From Microthyrium microscopicum (taxonomy: Eukaryota), in assembly GCA_010405405.1 (NCBI GenBank), contig MU004236.1:1308070-1372069 (forward strand): 64,000 nucleotides of DNA, in the 5' to 3' direction. A program made the translations under genes and the position numbers. Every line of letters begins with the position of its first letter. Within the stretch, counting starts at the first letter, position 1. The notes below the pieces were generated by a model that ran no database searches, was not told where the DNA came from, and saw nothing but the letters and a program-made list of their open reading frames with translations. Shown here piece after piece: positions 11,852 through 25,501 of the stretch.

Positions 11852-12073
11852 ATGATCTCCAACATTTCTTCGCCCGTCAACCAGAACGCCGATTGGGGCT
11901 CCAACTGGCAACTATGCACTGTCATGCGCACTGATGACATTGCCTTGCCCGTCGACGAGAATGAGTTCATGCATACATACTGGTCATGTAGCGTCATGAA
12001 AAGCGAGGAAATCGCCTTGCCCGTCAACGAGAACGAATTCATGCATACATACTGGTCATGCACCGTCATGTAA
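11852..12073 (+). CDS. Putative a-factor-like lipopeptide mating pheromone precursor with three tandem CaaX units
   Basis: 73 aa: ..PVNQNADWGSNWQL-CTVM-R..PVDENEFMHTYWS-CSVM-K..PVNENEFMHTYWS-CTVM*. Terminal CaaX. The 72-nt repeats differ mostly at synonymous positions. A-rich 5' leader and CACAATG start context. Confidence 0.8.
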   Translation: MISNISSPVNQNADWGSNWQLCTVMRTDDIALPVDENEFMHTYWSCSVMKSEEIALPVNENEFMHTYWSCTVM

Positions 12074-12613
12074 ACCGTAAATAAGCATGGACGTTAAGCA
12101 AGTTCAACTTGTTGATGGTGCGATTATAGATCTCTATAGAGGACAGACTGTCGGTCACCAGCACCGGATGATGGTGATTGTAATCAGCTGTTTTTATGTC
12201 GGCCGCTCTAAGATAGACTTCCCTTTCTTCTCAATATAACTTTTTACTTTCAATATTTTGTTTCAACGAACTGCGTATGTGATAGTATTCACTAACAAAA
12301 GTAAGTTGGTACATGCATTGAATTCGAGATGATATCCTTCTCCTCCAAGGCACTGAGCGCTTTTCGTTGATTCATCAAAATGCGAGCATATCTTTGATAT
12401 CTTAAGGTTTTGTGAACATCCCATCAGTCCGATATTGGCGGCTGCCAAGCCTACTACCATCTATCAGGCTGAACCTTGCACCATTAGGCTGAAACAGAAG
12501 GTGACGAATTTCATGCACAAATGTTCTTGAATGTAATTACATGTTGAAGTAGATGAGAACTCTTAGTGCCTATGAACAGAGCCGGCAAAAGCAGTTACTT
12601 AATTGCTATCTGC

Positions 12614-14274
12614 TTACTTAATGTGCGTCCAATCGAAATCGCGCAGCTTAGGAGTATTACTGATTTTGAGACCAGAAAAATAAATGTCATCAATTTCGTC
12701 CAGAGGGTCCAGCGACGACCGTCCGCCAATGCACAAATGTCCTTCAAAAGAGGAGAGATTGTTGTAAAAGTTCAAGGAGCCAGCATATGGACTATCGTCA
12801 TAAGAAATTTGACCATTCTCCCAAACTCCGTGCCAAGTCAGTGGAATTAAAACACTTCCTTGATTGACCTCCGTCTTTGACTTTTTAGCCACAGGTGAAT
12901 AATTTGAGGCGGGTCGTTTGCCGTTGGCGTTGGTTTCTGCTCCGTTCTCGCTAGATTTATCTAAAGTTTTCCAATTATCATTTAGGAAGCCAAAGATGGA
13001 GCTCTTATCGGAAGCCAATATGGGGTAACCAAAGCTGTGCACTTTGTAAGTTTGAGGCCTTGTAGCTACGTCGCCAAAATTGAAGACTTACATGTCAAAT
13101 ACAAACGGTTGTTCAGGCAGTCTCATGTAAATGCAACCACCGAGAATGTTAAACTGAAAGACACCAACCAGAGACCGCTCTTTAGGATGGATGAATATGT
13201 CAAGCGTCTCGAAATCCGATGGCAGCTGTTCTTTCCGCCTTGAACTTCCTTCTAGTGGAGAGAACTCTAGAGAGTAACGGCCCACATACGATTCAAGTCG
13301 TGCAGAATCCAGACGTCCCGATGAGCCTGCAGCCTTTGATTCTGTGTTGAATAACAACGTGCGTGCATGTGCCTCTTTAACCAATAGTCTGGACTCAAGC
13401 CTTTGTAGCCTGACCTGTTCTCGCTTTTGTAGATTTGGTATTCCCTGTCTCGTAACTTGATATGTCTGAGCCTCGTTCCACGCAATGGCAACAAGGTCTG
13501 TTTGATGGATGCTCAAGCCGTATTTGTGTAGACCGGGAACCTGATCAATAGCTTTGTAAAGTGCTTCTCGCGCTCCGGGACTAAAGCAACCAATCAATAC
13601 GATCGGCTCTGGGCTTTTTGTTCTTTGTGGTTTGCCGTGCTGATCCAAGTAGTGTCTTGAGATGAACTTTTGCGGGTCTTTGTTGGCCTGCTCGAAAGCT
13701 GGCAGTGCAGCAAAAGCAATTTCCGCTTCACGCTTTTCTTTGGCATTTGCTATTTCCGCTTCGTACTTGCGCACGTCGTCCCGGTATTCTAGAAGTTGGA
13801 AATGGTAGCGCCTTTCAAGTCTTGTTTCTATCTCTCGGAGATTCTTTGGGATTATGAAGTCGTCGACCTGTCGAGCATACGTTAGACCTCTGTATCGTAT
13901 CTGATGAAAGCAAGCTGCATCCAAGGGATAATCATACATACCTCTTGATGGGCCAATACCAGACTCCTGAGTCGATTCCGCAACCCATCATTCGTATCCT
14001 CGGTGTCGAAGTTGAAGCCATAGAGCTTTAGTTGTGCTACCAACCACGATCTGTCACACAAAAGATTCGCCTCTTTTCGAAAGATTCGTTGTTTCTCTTC
14101 ACCTTGCACTAACTCTGGTAAGAGGAAATTTTTGATTTGATCATAGGTATATCTGAAGATTCCACGGTACATGATGCGATCATTATAACTGAATCCATCG
14201 GCTTGTACTGGTTTCGGTGGTTGAGGACGATTTGGTAGGAAAGAGCCATTCGTGACTGTTACAGGTCTAGGCAT
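12614..14274 (-). CDS. Uncharacterised fungal protein, paralogue B
   Basis: Exons 14274-13942, 13867-13092, 13034-12614 (introns GTATGT..CAG and GTAAGT..CAG). Motifs DGFSY, SWLVAQLKLYGF, ESYVGRY, GVFQFNILGG, TWHG align by eye with paralogue A. The extreme 3' end may contain a further small intron. Confidence 0.75.
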
Positions 14275-15210
14275 TGTATCGCAACTGATGGGGAATATTC
14301 TACCCGTATCTGATTCAGTAAAGATATGTGAGTAGAAAGTTTCGATGGAGGGTGAACTTAAGATCATTAGGGAGATGTGGGAAACTAAGGGGGAATAACA
14401 CTATGGCTAACTCCTCAACCATTCTACCTTCTTCTAGCATAGTTTTTGCTTTTTTCACTCCGGAGTTGCTCTAAGTAATGGTTAAAAGGTTCTCTTCGAA
14501 TCAGTGTATAGGATGGCGTTTAGGCGTTACTGGGTATGGGGAGTGCCTGATGTCGATTGGCATCAATGATAAGACTCTCTAATTTGCTCCAACGCCACAA
14601 GGCTGAACTTGACACTCGAAAACCCCTTACCGTCAAGAAAACTGGCTAGACTACTCATAACTCGTGTTCTATCTGGTCATCTGATGTCTGACGATCTGAT
14701 ATGGTGGCCGTAGTTGGGCTAGGCAGAATCGAAGGAACCTGCCATCAAGAAAGAACAAGAGAACGAATATATTCAAAACCTAAACACCTGTTAATTTGCT
14801 ATGATCAGAAAGATCATCAAGGTTACAAGCGGGCCAATGATAGAGATAAGTTCAAAACTGGCGTTTTGGGGGCGTCAGCTTATACAGGAAAACAACGCTA
14901 AAGGTCGACTAAAGCAAGCCATACGGAGTATATTCTTGGAAAGTGGCCATTAAGAGGCACATCCCAATAAGCACGCACACAAGCTGACTTTATAATTAGA
15001 CAGGCCAAGTGGAATGAATCTGGGAAACAATAAGCGTTACTAACAAATATCTGCACAATCGGAGGATGTTTCATTAGGCATGGCTAGGTTATTGTCGAGT
15101 GGTGTACAGATCAGGAGTAGATGCCAGTAGAACCTGGAAAGCTATGAACAATGCATTCGCTAATAGACAAAATATACTAAACAAACTATGTACAATTTCT
15201 CCACCTTCCC

Positions 15211-18200
15211 TTAGCTCTTATCGCCGCCCCCCAAAATTCTATCATAAGCATCCTCAACATTCCTCGCTACACCTAACAGCCCCACAATGACAATTTGGTG
15301 CGTCACATTCGGCAACCGATCCCTATGCAGCCCAATCCACTCCAACGGCGGCGTAGCCTCACCCATATCCGCCAACTGCGGTGTTTCTATGACCGGCGCC
15401 TCTAACGCGCGGTAGTTGTACTTGCTCTGCGGCACATTGACGACAGCGGTAATCTTCTCCGTCTTCTCCTCGCCATCCTCCGTCGTCGACAAACTAAGCG
15501 CACTGGGCGGTCGTGCACCGTCATTGCCTGTCGTCGTGATCTTGACTGCAGATTCAGGTAGTGGTTTGCCTAGACGGGATGCGAGAGATTGCGAATGCGT
15601 GGTGTACATGTCGCGGATAAAGGTTATGCGTGCAAAGTTCCAGCCCACGTCGACTTTGCCTTCGAATGAGGAGTGGAAGATGTAGTCAATGAGATAGGTG
15701 CGTGGTGCTTGCCAGGTCTGCATACGGGCGACGACTTTTGGCACGCGTAGAATGATGCCTCCGCGGGCGGTGGTGAGTGTGTGGACAACGTCTTCGACTG
15801 TGAGTGCTTCGAGGGTGAGCTTTGGAGAAGAGGAGTGTGGGACTTGCGCGAGCGCGACTTGGACTTTGCCGAGCGTCATGCCCAAACCCGAATGAATGAG
15901 GCCGTCATCCATTTTGACGGCGAAGCGGCCTTGGATGTTAGAAGCGTCGATAAGGAAGACGGTAGAGTCAGAGAAGGAGCCGGGGAAGACACCAAGGTTT
16001 ATGGCGCCGAGGGATACTACGACGTCGGTGTGAAGTGAGATGGGAGCGTCGAGTTTTTCTTCGCCTTGAGGAGGTTTGGGAGAGATGTTTGGGGTGGTGG
16101 TGGATTCTTGACGTGGTCGGAATGATCCAGATGCTCGCTTGAGATATCGATCGATGTCTTTGAGGGATTGTGAGTAAGCGGCCTGGTTTTCTTGAACTAG
16201 TTTTTCTACTGCTTGGAACAGCGCGTAAGCTTGAGCGGCGGATTGAGCTGTGCAGCAAGCGTGAATGGCTCCGCCATCGAGAATAGCTACTAAACGGTCG
16301 CGAGGTACATCTCCACCTTCGCGGATGTTGTACATGACAAAGGAGAATTCGCCAATGTCAATTATGCCAAACGCTTGGTAGTCGAATGCAGCTTTGACGC
16401 GGAGTCTGTTAAACCCAGCTGAGGCTTGAATCAACGGCGTGTTATGCGGTGATTTTTCATCCAGAGGCCAGGAGATTGAGGTACGAACTTGGACATCCGC
16501 AAGCTCGACAAACCCACTTGTGCGACCTGTACTTTCAATGGCAACTTTCTCGATACCAACACAAAGGTTTTGCTCCCAATCAGAATTTTTCTTCGACGAT
16601 GCCCACAGGTCTGAGATCTGCAAGGAAGCTTTGCCAATTGATTGGCCCATGTCGAGATCAACTTCAATGCTTTGAATAGAGACTGTAGCGGTCCAAGGAA
16701 AGGCTGTCGCATTGGCAACTTGTTGGTATCGTTGAACGAGATAGTCTTGCTGATCATGCGTTGGCTGAGTTGAAGGAGCAGGAGATGAGCGCATCTCCTC
16801 TGGTATCCAGATGTCTCTAAAGAGTAAGAAATCTTGTAACTGTCTGGCGTTGAAGTGGGTTTTCATTGGGAATATTTTGAGCACTGCGGAGATACCTGCA
16901 CGACCGCTGAGATGTTTGCTGTTCATCACAGACAGCACTAAACGTTCCATGTCAAAGCTAAAGGTGGGCTCCCGAGAATAAACATGCTGTACTGATGCCT
17001 GCAGCTTCTCAAACGACGCAGACACAGCGAAGAAGAGATCTTGCTCGGGCGATTTGACACTGTTGGCAGTGATATAAATATCATCTACAGCAACTTCTGC
17101 GTCTACTCGGGCGATTGGTTGACAGCCGAGACTGAACTCCTGGCGACAAATCCGTATACCAAGATTGAAGCTTGTCTTGCCCAAGAGAGCGCCAGGGTCG
17201 GCATTGAGTAGGCGCTCATCCGAGAAAATTGACTGGCTGAGTTTGCCCTCCGTAGACTTGACTACTTGCTTCTCCGTGGGATCGTCAACCTGTTTCTCGG
17301 CAGGCTTATCGGTTTCTTCGACAATCAGCTTAACACTATTTGAAATGTCCATAATCAAAGGAACAACCATCGGCGTAAGAGCATTTGATGAGCCACTGAT
17401 ATTGAACTCGGCCGTGAACGATGAATCCGTTCCATCATCCTCATATTCGACCTTGAGCGCTATCCCGGGCGTTCTAAAAGTTGCCTTGGCAGATTCACCA
17501 TCGCTGGAAAACTGGCCGAAGCGACCAGGATGCGCGTCCTCTGTGCGACCAGAAAGTTTGCCAAAAGCATTGGTCTTGCCATGTTTGCTATCCGTCAGCG
17601 TAAACAGTGCACTGGCAAAATCGGCATCAACGAGTAGCGCTGACAGCCGTTTGTCTCCGAAGATTTTCTTTCGCTGTGCTCCAGATGAGGTGGGTGTCAT
17701 TTCCCATAAAGCTGAAGCGTCACGGAACTTGTCTACAGCCAGAAGGATTGAGCGTTGAATCATGTTGGCCGGAAGAAGAAAGGCGGACTCTAATTGCACG
17801 TCGACGGATTTGCTCTTTGACTGGAAAGACATGTTGCGATCTTCGTCGCTTGATGCATATGCCACGTTGAACACAACCTCCGGCAAAAGTGCCGAGTTGC
17901 GGGCTCGCATCTGCTTGTCCTCAGATATGGGCACCATCTGCAGTTGCAAATCTTGAATAGTCAGCCGAGAAGTAGATCTTGAGCGCGAATGGAGGTCGAT
18001 CATCTTGATTGAAAGCACAAGATCATGTGCCTCATGCCCAGGAAATGAATCCACAGAACTGCCAATGATCCATGCAACCTCAATATCTTTGAGTGAGACT
18101 GAGAACGCAGACGCAAAGATGCCACTCGATGTCAAGCTTGCTTCAGAGTATATTGAGTCGCCAAGGTGAGTTGAGGGTCTACGAGCTGGCTGCCGCAGTC

Positions 18201-21200
18201 TTTGCAAATAACGTCGTTCTGCAGACAAGTCAACATCCTTCAGACGATCTTGCAGATGATTAAGAACATCGACCACGGTCGAGGCTGTTTCAGCAAATAG
18301 CTGGAGCTGTATAAAGTTGACTTCCATTTTGTAGTTCCTCTTCGCCATTCCCTGTCGTGAATCGCGTCGCGTCGCTTGGATTGAAGCAGACAAGCCGAGC
18401 TTTCCACACGGACGAGTCCCTTGTGAATCTTGAATATGAAGCTCGACAAAGACTTGGCGCAATTGAGCTTGAACTTCAGGCAAAGAAAGTAGCGGCCCAT
18501 TCTCATTAGTAACATTGTAAGCATTGAGTTGCACTGAGTCTAAACCAATGGAGAGTGTGTCGAGTCCATCTTTTCGTGATTTGCCAGGGGCAACAGCTGT
18601 TACTTTAATACCAGCCAATGTGGCACCAATATTGTACACCAGCTCCGGCTTTTCGGTTTGTACTGGTGTTTCTGGTGGCGTGGTTTCCGGCAGAATTGCG
18701 CGAACTCGGTCTTTGATCGTTGATATGTCTGACTGAATGGCGCGGAATGTTTTGGATACCTCAGGTCTTTTGAAAGTTGCTAAAACAGCATGCACTGCTG
18801 AAGCTTCAATATCAATCTGCTCGATAATGGTACGCAAATTCAGCACAATTCGTTTAGGAGTGTGGCGAATGCCAAGTTGGCCGTTGACCGGGGGAAGACG
18901 TATGGATGCAATGGCACCTTCTTCGCCATCTGTTGTAGTGACAAGTCGATGAGTATTACCATCGAGGTCGAAGTTGACATACAATGAAACCTCTTGAAGG
19001 AGTCGTGGCACGATAGATATACGGCCTTGTTTGCCTTCCATTGTGTATGTGATAGCTTGGAGCAAGGCAACTCGAATGGAGTAAGAGTCCATTAACAATG
19101 CTAGATTTAGCTTCGGAAGACCTCGCTGTAGAAGCTCCTTGGGCTTAACGCGCTCATCAGGTGGTCCAACTAGCCGCTTGATTCTAGGAACAAGTTCGGC
19201 TACTTCAGTGGTGATAAAATGGTCCACAACCTCGATCATATCCAATAACTCACTCTCAACGTTGAGAAATAGATATGAGCTAGTGCCAGCAAGTCGCCAC
19301 TCAACTTCCTGTGAAAGCGACTTTTTCTCCGGAGCTTCACGAGAGATGTACAAGGTCGGTGACTGAGTGACCATCTTCAAGAGAAGTCTTGATGAAGATC
19401 TGAACTCGCTCCAAGCCTCTCCAGAGGTCAGGACAGCGCTGACAAATTCTGCATCATTTGGAGTCGGCCCTGAAGATCCAACGATAGACATATTCATGCC
19501 GTTGTTGGCAAATGTAGCTTGAAGATTCGGCGTCTTTACATCTAATGCACTTTCGTTGACAGTGAGAACAACTTGGATGGCATTGTAAACACCTTCTTTT
19601 GGTTTGGGTGGCGTGCGGGGTGGTTGAGATGGAGCCTCAGACTGCTTTCTGTTGTTTGCTTGAATAGTTGTTCGCACAACGGCAAGGACACTCTCGACAA
19701 CAGAAAAGATAGCCCAGTTGACGTTGACCGATATGCTCTCCGCATGGATCTGCAATATTGACTTCATCGAAGGCGCTGCAGGTCCTACGATGTTCAACCC
19801 TGATGGTTCTGAAGCAGGCGAATTTGCCAAATTGACAGCCAGGTTGCGGATTGCAAAATCTGTTTGATCCCGTCCGAGGTCGATAATTGCGCGAAGTATT
19901 CCGGATCTGATTCCGACCTGCAGCTGTTTCTCAGAGGACGCTGCTGGGATTGGAGGTGTTATTTTCCGCCCGAAGAGATACTTCATGGCTATGCTGTCTT
20001 GAACGTCAGACAAATCCCAGGTCCGCCATTGGTTCCAAGAGTTTATGACAACAACCTCAGCATTAGCGGGCATGAGGTTGGTGGTATTCAGACAATTACT
20101 CTTGAATCTCTGTTGCTCATCTTCAGGTAAGTGTTCGTAAATATGGCGAAGTCGAGAAACAATTTTCCAGGAGTCATGGTTTCGGAGGTGGCCAGAGGAT
20201 GCTCGTAGGAGATACGAGGGCCTAGTCAGAAAAACGGGGTCCGAAACATCTTCTCCGGCAAGAGTTAGGATATACGCGAGACTTGCAAATCGATGGCTTT
20301 GTTTGTTTGTCATAGTGAGAACACGGTTCGCAAGTTCTTGGCCCAGTTTGGTGGTTCTTTGAACCATGGCAGCAAGGTATCCAACTTGCATACTGGTGAC
20401 TGCAATGTGAGCATCTCTGAAAGATGTGTTTATAGTTTGCTGTTCAGCAAAAGATAGCCAGAAGAGCAGATCATCCAATCTAAGCTCAAGAGCGACGTCA
20501 AACTTTGCATGTGAAGGGCATCTTTCGGTAGCTTTGACAGTCAATGACTTGAAAGAGCAATGTAGGCTTGCAGCTTCAGTATTATCAGAGTCGTGTCCAG
20601 GCGTGCTATGTCTACCAAGGAAGGACAAGCCAGTCAACGAGAGATCAAACTGGTCCAATCCCATCGGCATGTCAGGTGTATCCACTTCAAATGGATTGAG
20701 AAAGCGAAGTGCAATACTTGGAATATCGAGTCGGAGCTCCAGCACTTCTGGGGTGCCATGGGTCAACTTCTCTTGACTTGCAATTTTGTTTGCGACTGTG
20801 ACTTGCAATTCATCAAGTAAATCATCAGGTGTCTTGGGTGCGAGCACCCCGAGAAGTTCCATGATTGAGAAAATTGCATCAGGCTTGACAAACCACTGGA
20901 TACCAGGCCCCGTACTGACGATAAGGCTTGTATGTGTGTGCTCTTCGGATAGACTAGTATCTGGCACACCAAGATCATTGTCTACTCCCGGTAAGTCTTT
21001 CTTCGAGTTGGCACCCATAAGAGGTGGTAGTTCAGAGGCATCTGGCTGAACAGCATTAAGAGGAAAATAGGGAGTTGCCAAAGGACTTGACAAAACCAAG
21101 TTGTTTGACCATACACCACTTCTCCGAGATGTTCTGCGTGAGGCGCCGGGTCGATGCTCTGAAAAGGACAAATCAATGAGTTCGGATTGCGGAGTCTCTG

Positions 21201-24200
21201 CTCGGGCTGTCTTGAAAGAAGCATGACTTCTTTTTGAACGAATCGACTGTGATAGGGATGCTGTGGACTTTTGGCGTCGGAGCTTTCCAAGCTGCGCAGG
21301 TGAAGCGTTGGCTTGAAATTGGAACGACCTGCTACTACTGGACTTGAAAGTCGGAGTAATACTGCGTTGATAGGGCCATCCTTGATGATGTTGCAATGGC
21401 TCTGGAATGGGCGGAAATATCATAGCCGGCGGATCGTCTTTTGATAGAAGTTGCCTCTGTGGCATGACTTCGGTGTTTCTCAAGAATGTGGTTCTATGCG
21501 TTCGACTATCCTGAACCATGAGATATTCTTGTTGTTTCTGTCGTTCATCAGAAAAGTTCAATTTCCTTTGGAGCACATCTAGAGAAAGGGATGTGCGAAG
21601 GTGAGCCTGGGTAACAGGTTTCAAGTCGCCTCTACTATTTCTGCCACGGTTTGCAGAATTGGCATCAACAAGAGATACAGTAAGCAGAGGACACAGAACC
21701 TTGACTCGAAGGGAAAAGTCGAGACTGGCCCAATCGCTCACATCCACAGTGATTGGATCAGCCGTGACTAATAATGCATTTTGGTCAAGGTGCATCCAGA
21801 CCTTGATGATTTTGGTCTTGGCTCTGACGAAAGTAACGTCGTGAATGGAAGCCAAGTCAATCAACCCTATTGAGTTCTCGGCGTTGGCAATAGTCAAAGC
21901 GAACGATTGAGCAGCATGGAGCAATTTCTCAGCAAAATCAATCGAGGCTTCTCCAGTGATATCGCCTACACTGACGTCCCAGTGAGAGAAGTAAGTTGGT
22001 TCAGTCGGCGGAAGACCAAAAGCTCGATGACCGGTAACATTGACACTTTGAATGAAGACTTCGGTTCGACTGTCCAGGATGAGTGGTGTACTTTTGACCT
22101 GTTCTGCAATGTCCAAGGAGACGCTCAAAGGGCTGGAGTCCATTTGCATGTCTAGATAGTAGTTTGACAGCCTCAGGTCCGCCGTAGCATACGCAACGTC
22201 AATGACCACGTTCTCTGTTGATTTGTAAATATTAGTGGGGAGCAGAACGCGAATGTCATCACAATTGATCAACATAATAATGTCCAAGTCGTTTGATCTA
22301 TTAGATCTTTGGGCAATCTCCGTTTCTTCTGCATCCACTTGTTTGCCACTCGCCAATGCTTGATACTCTTCCAGTGTTTTAAAATGAAGGTGTTCACCAA
22401 AGTAATTTTCTTTCAATGTCACGAGGTGGTGAACAACAAATCCGAACATCCAGAGGGTGACTTTAGATCCATGAATGTTAAAAGTGAGTCTGTCGGTGAG
22501 TTGCGTTGAGGTATCAGTATTTGCTACATGACTGCCTTTAAGCGTAACTTCCTCGAGTACCATAATGTCGCGTTTTCCCGTGAATTGAGCTGCTGTGTTT
22601 CGGCTGTTCAGGCACAGCTCTAATCCAAAATCTCTACCAACAACGTTGAATGGAATTTCTTTCCGCTTTGGATTGAGTTCATCTAGTGGGATGGTGACTT
22701 CGGCATGCAGCTGGCGCCCATGGAGGATCAAAAAGTGGTTATCATCAAGCTCAGACGGGTTGTTGATGATGTTCGAGTCGTTGGAATTGAGATACATCTT
22801 GAAGTTGCGAAAGTGGACGTCAAGAAAATAGCGGAATGGAGTAAATGTATGAAATTCGGATGCAGGGCCTGCGGTCCAATCTCCAACCACGTCCGTAATG
22901 AGAAAAAGGTGATCTCTCAATATGAACAAGTCAAGATCATCATTCTCAACATTGAAGTACCACTCTCGCAGAGTATTAAACTCCAGTGGAACAGAAAGGT
23001 CACAATCCAATTTCGTAGGCCCGGATCGCCACAAGAGTCCGTGATTTACACTGGTGTATATTTCCAGCGAAGGAATATCAGCATCTACTTGACTCTTGAA
23101 CCCCGAAGGACGAGCAATCATGTCGGATTTGTAGTTCACTGTCGTGTTCTTAGGAATCTTGACGTCGAGCCAAGCATATGGACGAGCATTGGGACCTGCA
23201 GAAGCCTTGTCTGATGCCTTCCAGAACTGACGACGTTTTCCTCTAGCGCGTGCCTTTGGGGCTTTCTTGTTTTTGTCCTTTCGGGGCACAATTGTACCGG
23301 CTTTACCCTTCCATTTCCAATCCTTTGATTGTTCACGAACAGGCAGTCGAAGAGTTGTTTCGTCCTCGACGCTCAGGTAGAGTTTGAATTCAGTGCTCAC
23401 CCGTAAGTCTCCGGATGATAGAGGCGTTCCTGGAATCGCATGTGCGTAAATTGGAGGAAAGAAGATGTTTTGAAAGTTTATTCGCTGTCGATCAGTCCAG
23501 GGGCCGTAGTTCACGGTTCCACCATAGATCAGGATGTCCATGCCATATTCAGGAGGAAGAGAGCCATTGATATGATCTTTTGGCTTTCCATTTTCGAGCC
23601 TATCCAGAGTTTTGGAAACTGTTCCTGGTATATCCCAGTAGAAGGAGAAGCCAATCTTGGGACAGTCTGCCAGAACAGACGAGCGCGCATACTCTACATT
23701 CCCCCACTCATCGTGCTCGTTCCTGAACCCGTCGTCAAGATATCGACTTAGCCCCGCCCATTGCTCTTCACCAGGAAGGTTCTGGAAGTCCGGACTGGTC
23801 GCCCCGTCCATACTATGCAGCGACGAACCCCTTACCGAATCACCGGAGCTGGAAATAAACGGCACCTTGATTTTGCGCTGGCGCTTCGATGGCTTCCGCT
23901 TCGGATTGATATCCTGTTCGACAGATTCATGCTTCATTCGAGCAGCTGCAGTAAGTTGAAATTCTTTAAAGTCCATGTTCGGCCGCAAAGTTATGTATGG
24001 GTGGTGAAAGTCAAAAGTAAACATTATTTTGTAGACATCCAACGGCCCAGCTTCTGCCGCGTCAAAAGTTCCACTTGCTGTATCCAGTTTGACTGTGATG
24101 ATCGACTTGGTGTTTTCATTTCCGAGAATTAGCGCTGCTGTTTTGCATTCGACCTGAATGGGGAACATTCTTAGCCACGAGGGTGTTTCTGGCTTAGAAG

Positions 24201-24978
24201 ATTTGGAAGAATCACTAGTTGCTTCATCATCTTCAGATGTATTTCCCTTGAGCCAACCAGCGGGAAATGATGGTCGCGGAATATGTCGCTTGCTAGCCGG
24301 AGCATCAGCGCCATTGGAGCCAGGAGCACTTTGCTGATCTTCTGATTGTCTCCGGGATCCAATTTCTTGATTCAGCGATCGGTTGATGTTTTCCAGAATG
24401 TTGTCGTATGCTGGAGATCTATTGTAGAAGAACCCTTGGACACCCTCGACATTTATCTTTATTCGGCATGGCAAAGTCGATTTCTCTCCTGGCACATTGG
24501 CAGTTTCCTCGTCGACCTTTTCTGCAGCATCAGTGCTAGTCGAGAGTGGACTTTCAGGCTTCTTGTCTTTTGCCAGGCGACGTGTTTGGAAGATTTGAGC
24601 TAGGCGTGCCCTTGGATACCAGTAGTGCCATGTGATGAAGCCAGAATGGACGAGGACGGTGACATTGTGACCGTGGTAGCGAACGTCCTTGAAAAAGATC
24701 CTACCACCAAGCAACGATATTTGAAAAGCCTGGATATCGACGTATGCGCCATAAGTTCGCCAAGTATAGAACCGTATTATGTAGGAAAGGACGGTGCCGA
24801 TTAGTCGATCGAAGTACGCGAAGAAGAAGACGGCACTAGTTAATTGAGTAAGACGCCCAGAGTGCTGAGACGACGATGCAGCTTACAGGACTCCGGAGAG
24901 TATCAGCTCAATGAGCAAGATGTAATTGAAGGCTTGGTTGCTGCCATCTATAAGCTGGCCGACCAAGCCCGTCACCAT
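15211..24978 (-). CDS. CSF1: Csf1/BLTP1 bridge-like lipid transfer protein (about 3240 aa)
   Basis: The 3167-aa ORF extends upstream via intron 24836-24886 to ATG 24978, giving an N-terminal TM (LLIELILSGVLAVFFFAYFDRL) followed by QAFQISLLGGRIFFK. Also GGTVNYGPWTDRQR and C-terminal PQLADMGEATPPLEWIG, typical of Csf1. Confidence 0.92.
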
Positions 24979-25501
24979 GTTGTTCGTCCGAGGCTCGACG
25001 TTTTGGCGAGGAAGAGATCATTGTCATGATATAGACATGGCAAGGCGCAGGATTGGTAGAGGAGGATTCGTCGCAGGTGTACGTGGTAGGAGAAGGTCTG
25101 AATGCGAAGACGTGTAGATTGTAATTTGTTGGAGAGGTACTTCGAAGTAGCTTTGGATATGTCAAGATGTAGTTGGCAATAAAGTAGAGAGCACCTGCCA
25201 TGATCCACGCGAATACTGGTATATAGTGCAGGGGTGGCACGGACGAAAACATGGAGATGGCAGCTGCAGCTCAGCTTTTGGTGTGGTCTCTGTGGTCTGG
25301 GTCGCGCTTGCACTTTGTCTCGTGCTTGCCAGGCTCCCTCCATCGATCCTTCCTGCTGTAATGACATCGACATCTTGATATCCTTCTGATCATCAAGAGA
25401 AGCGAAATCTTCGACTTCATTATCGCCATGACTTAACTCTCCACATACAACCACACTCCCTCCTACAAACCACCTACGAGCCCTTAATTCGCTATCTACC
25501 T

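Noticed and set aside
11773..12069. Minus-strand repeat ORF (MTVHDQYVCMNSFS..)
   Set aside because: Antisense shadow of the CaaX precursor; the synonymous pattern, leader and terminal CaaX favour the plus strand.
15416..24603. Many plus-strand and alternate-frame ORFs
   Set aside because: Shadows of the long CSF1 exon.
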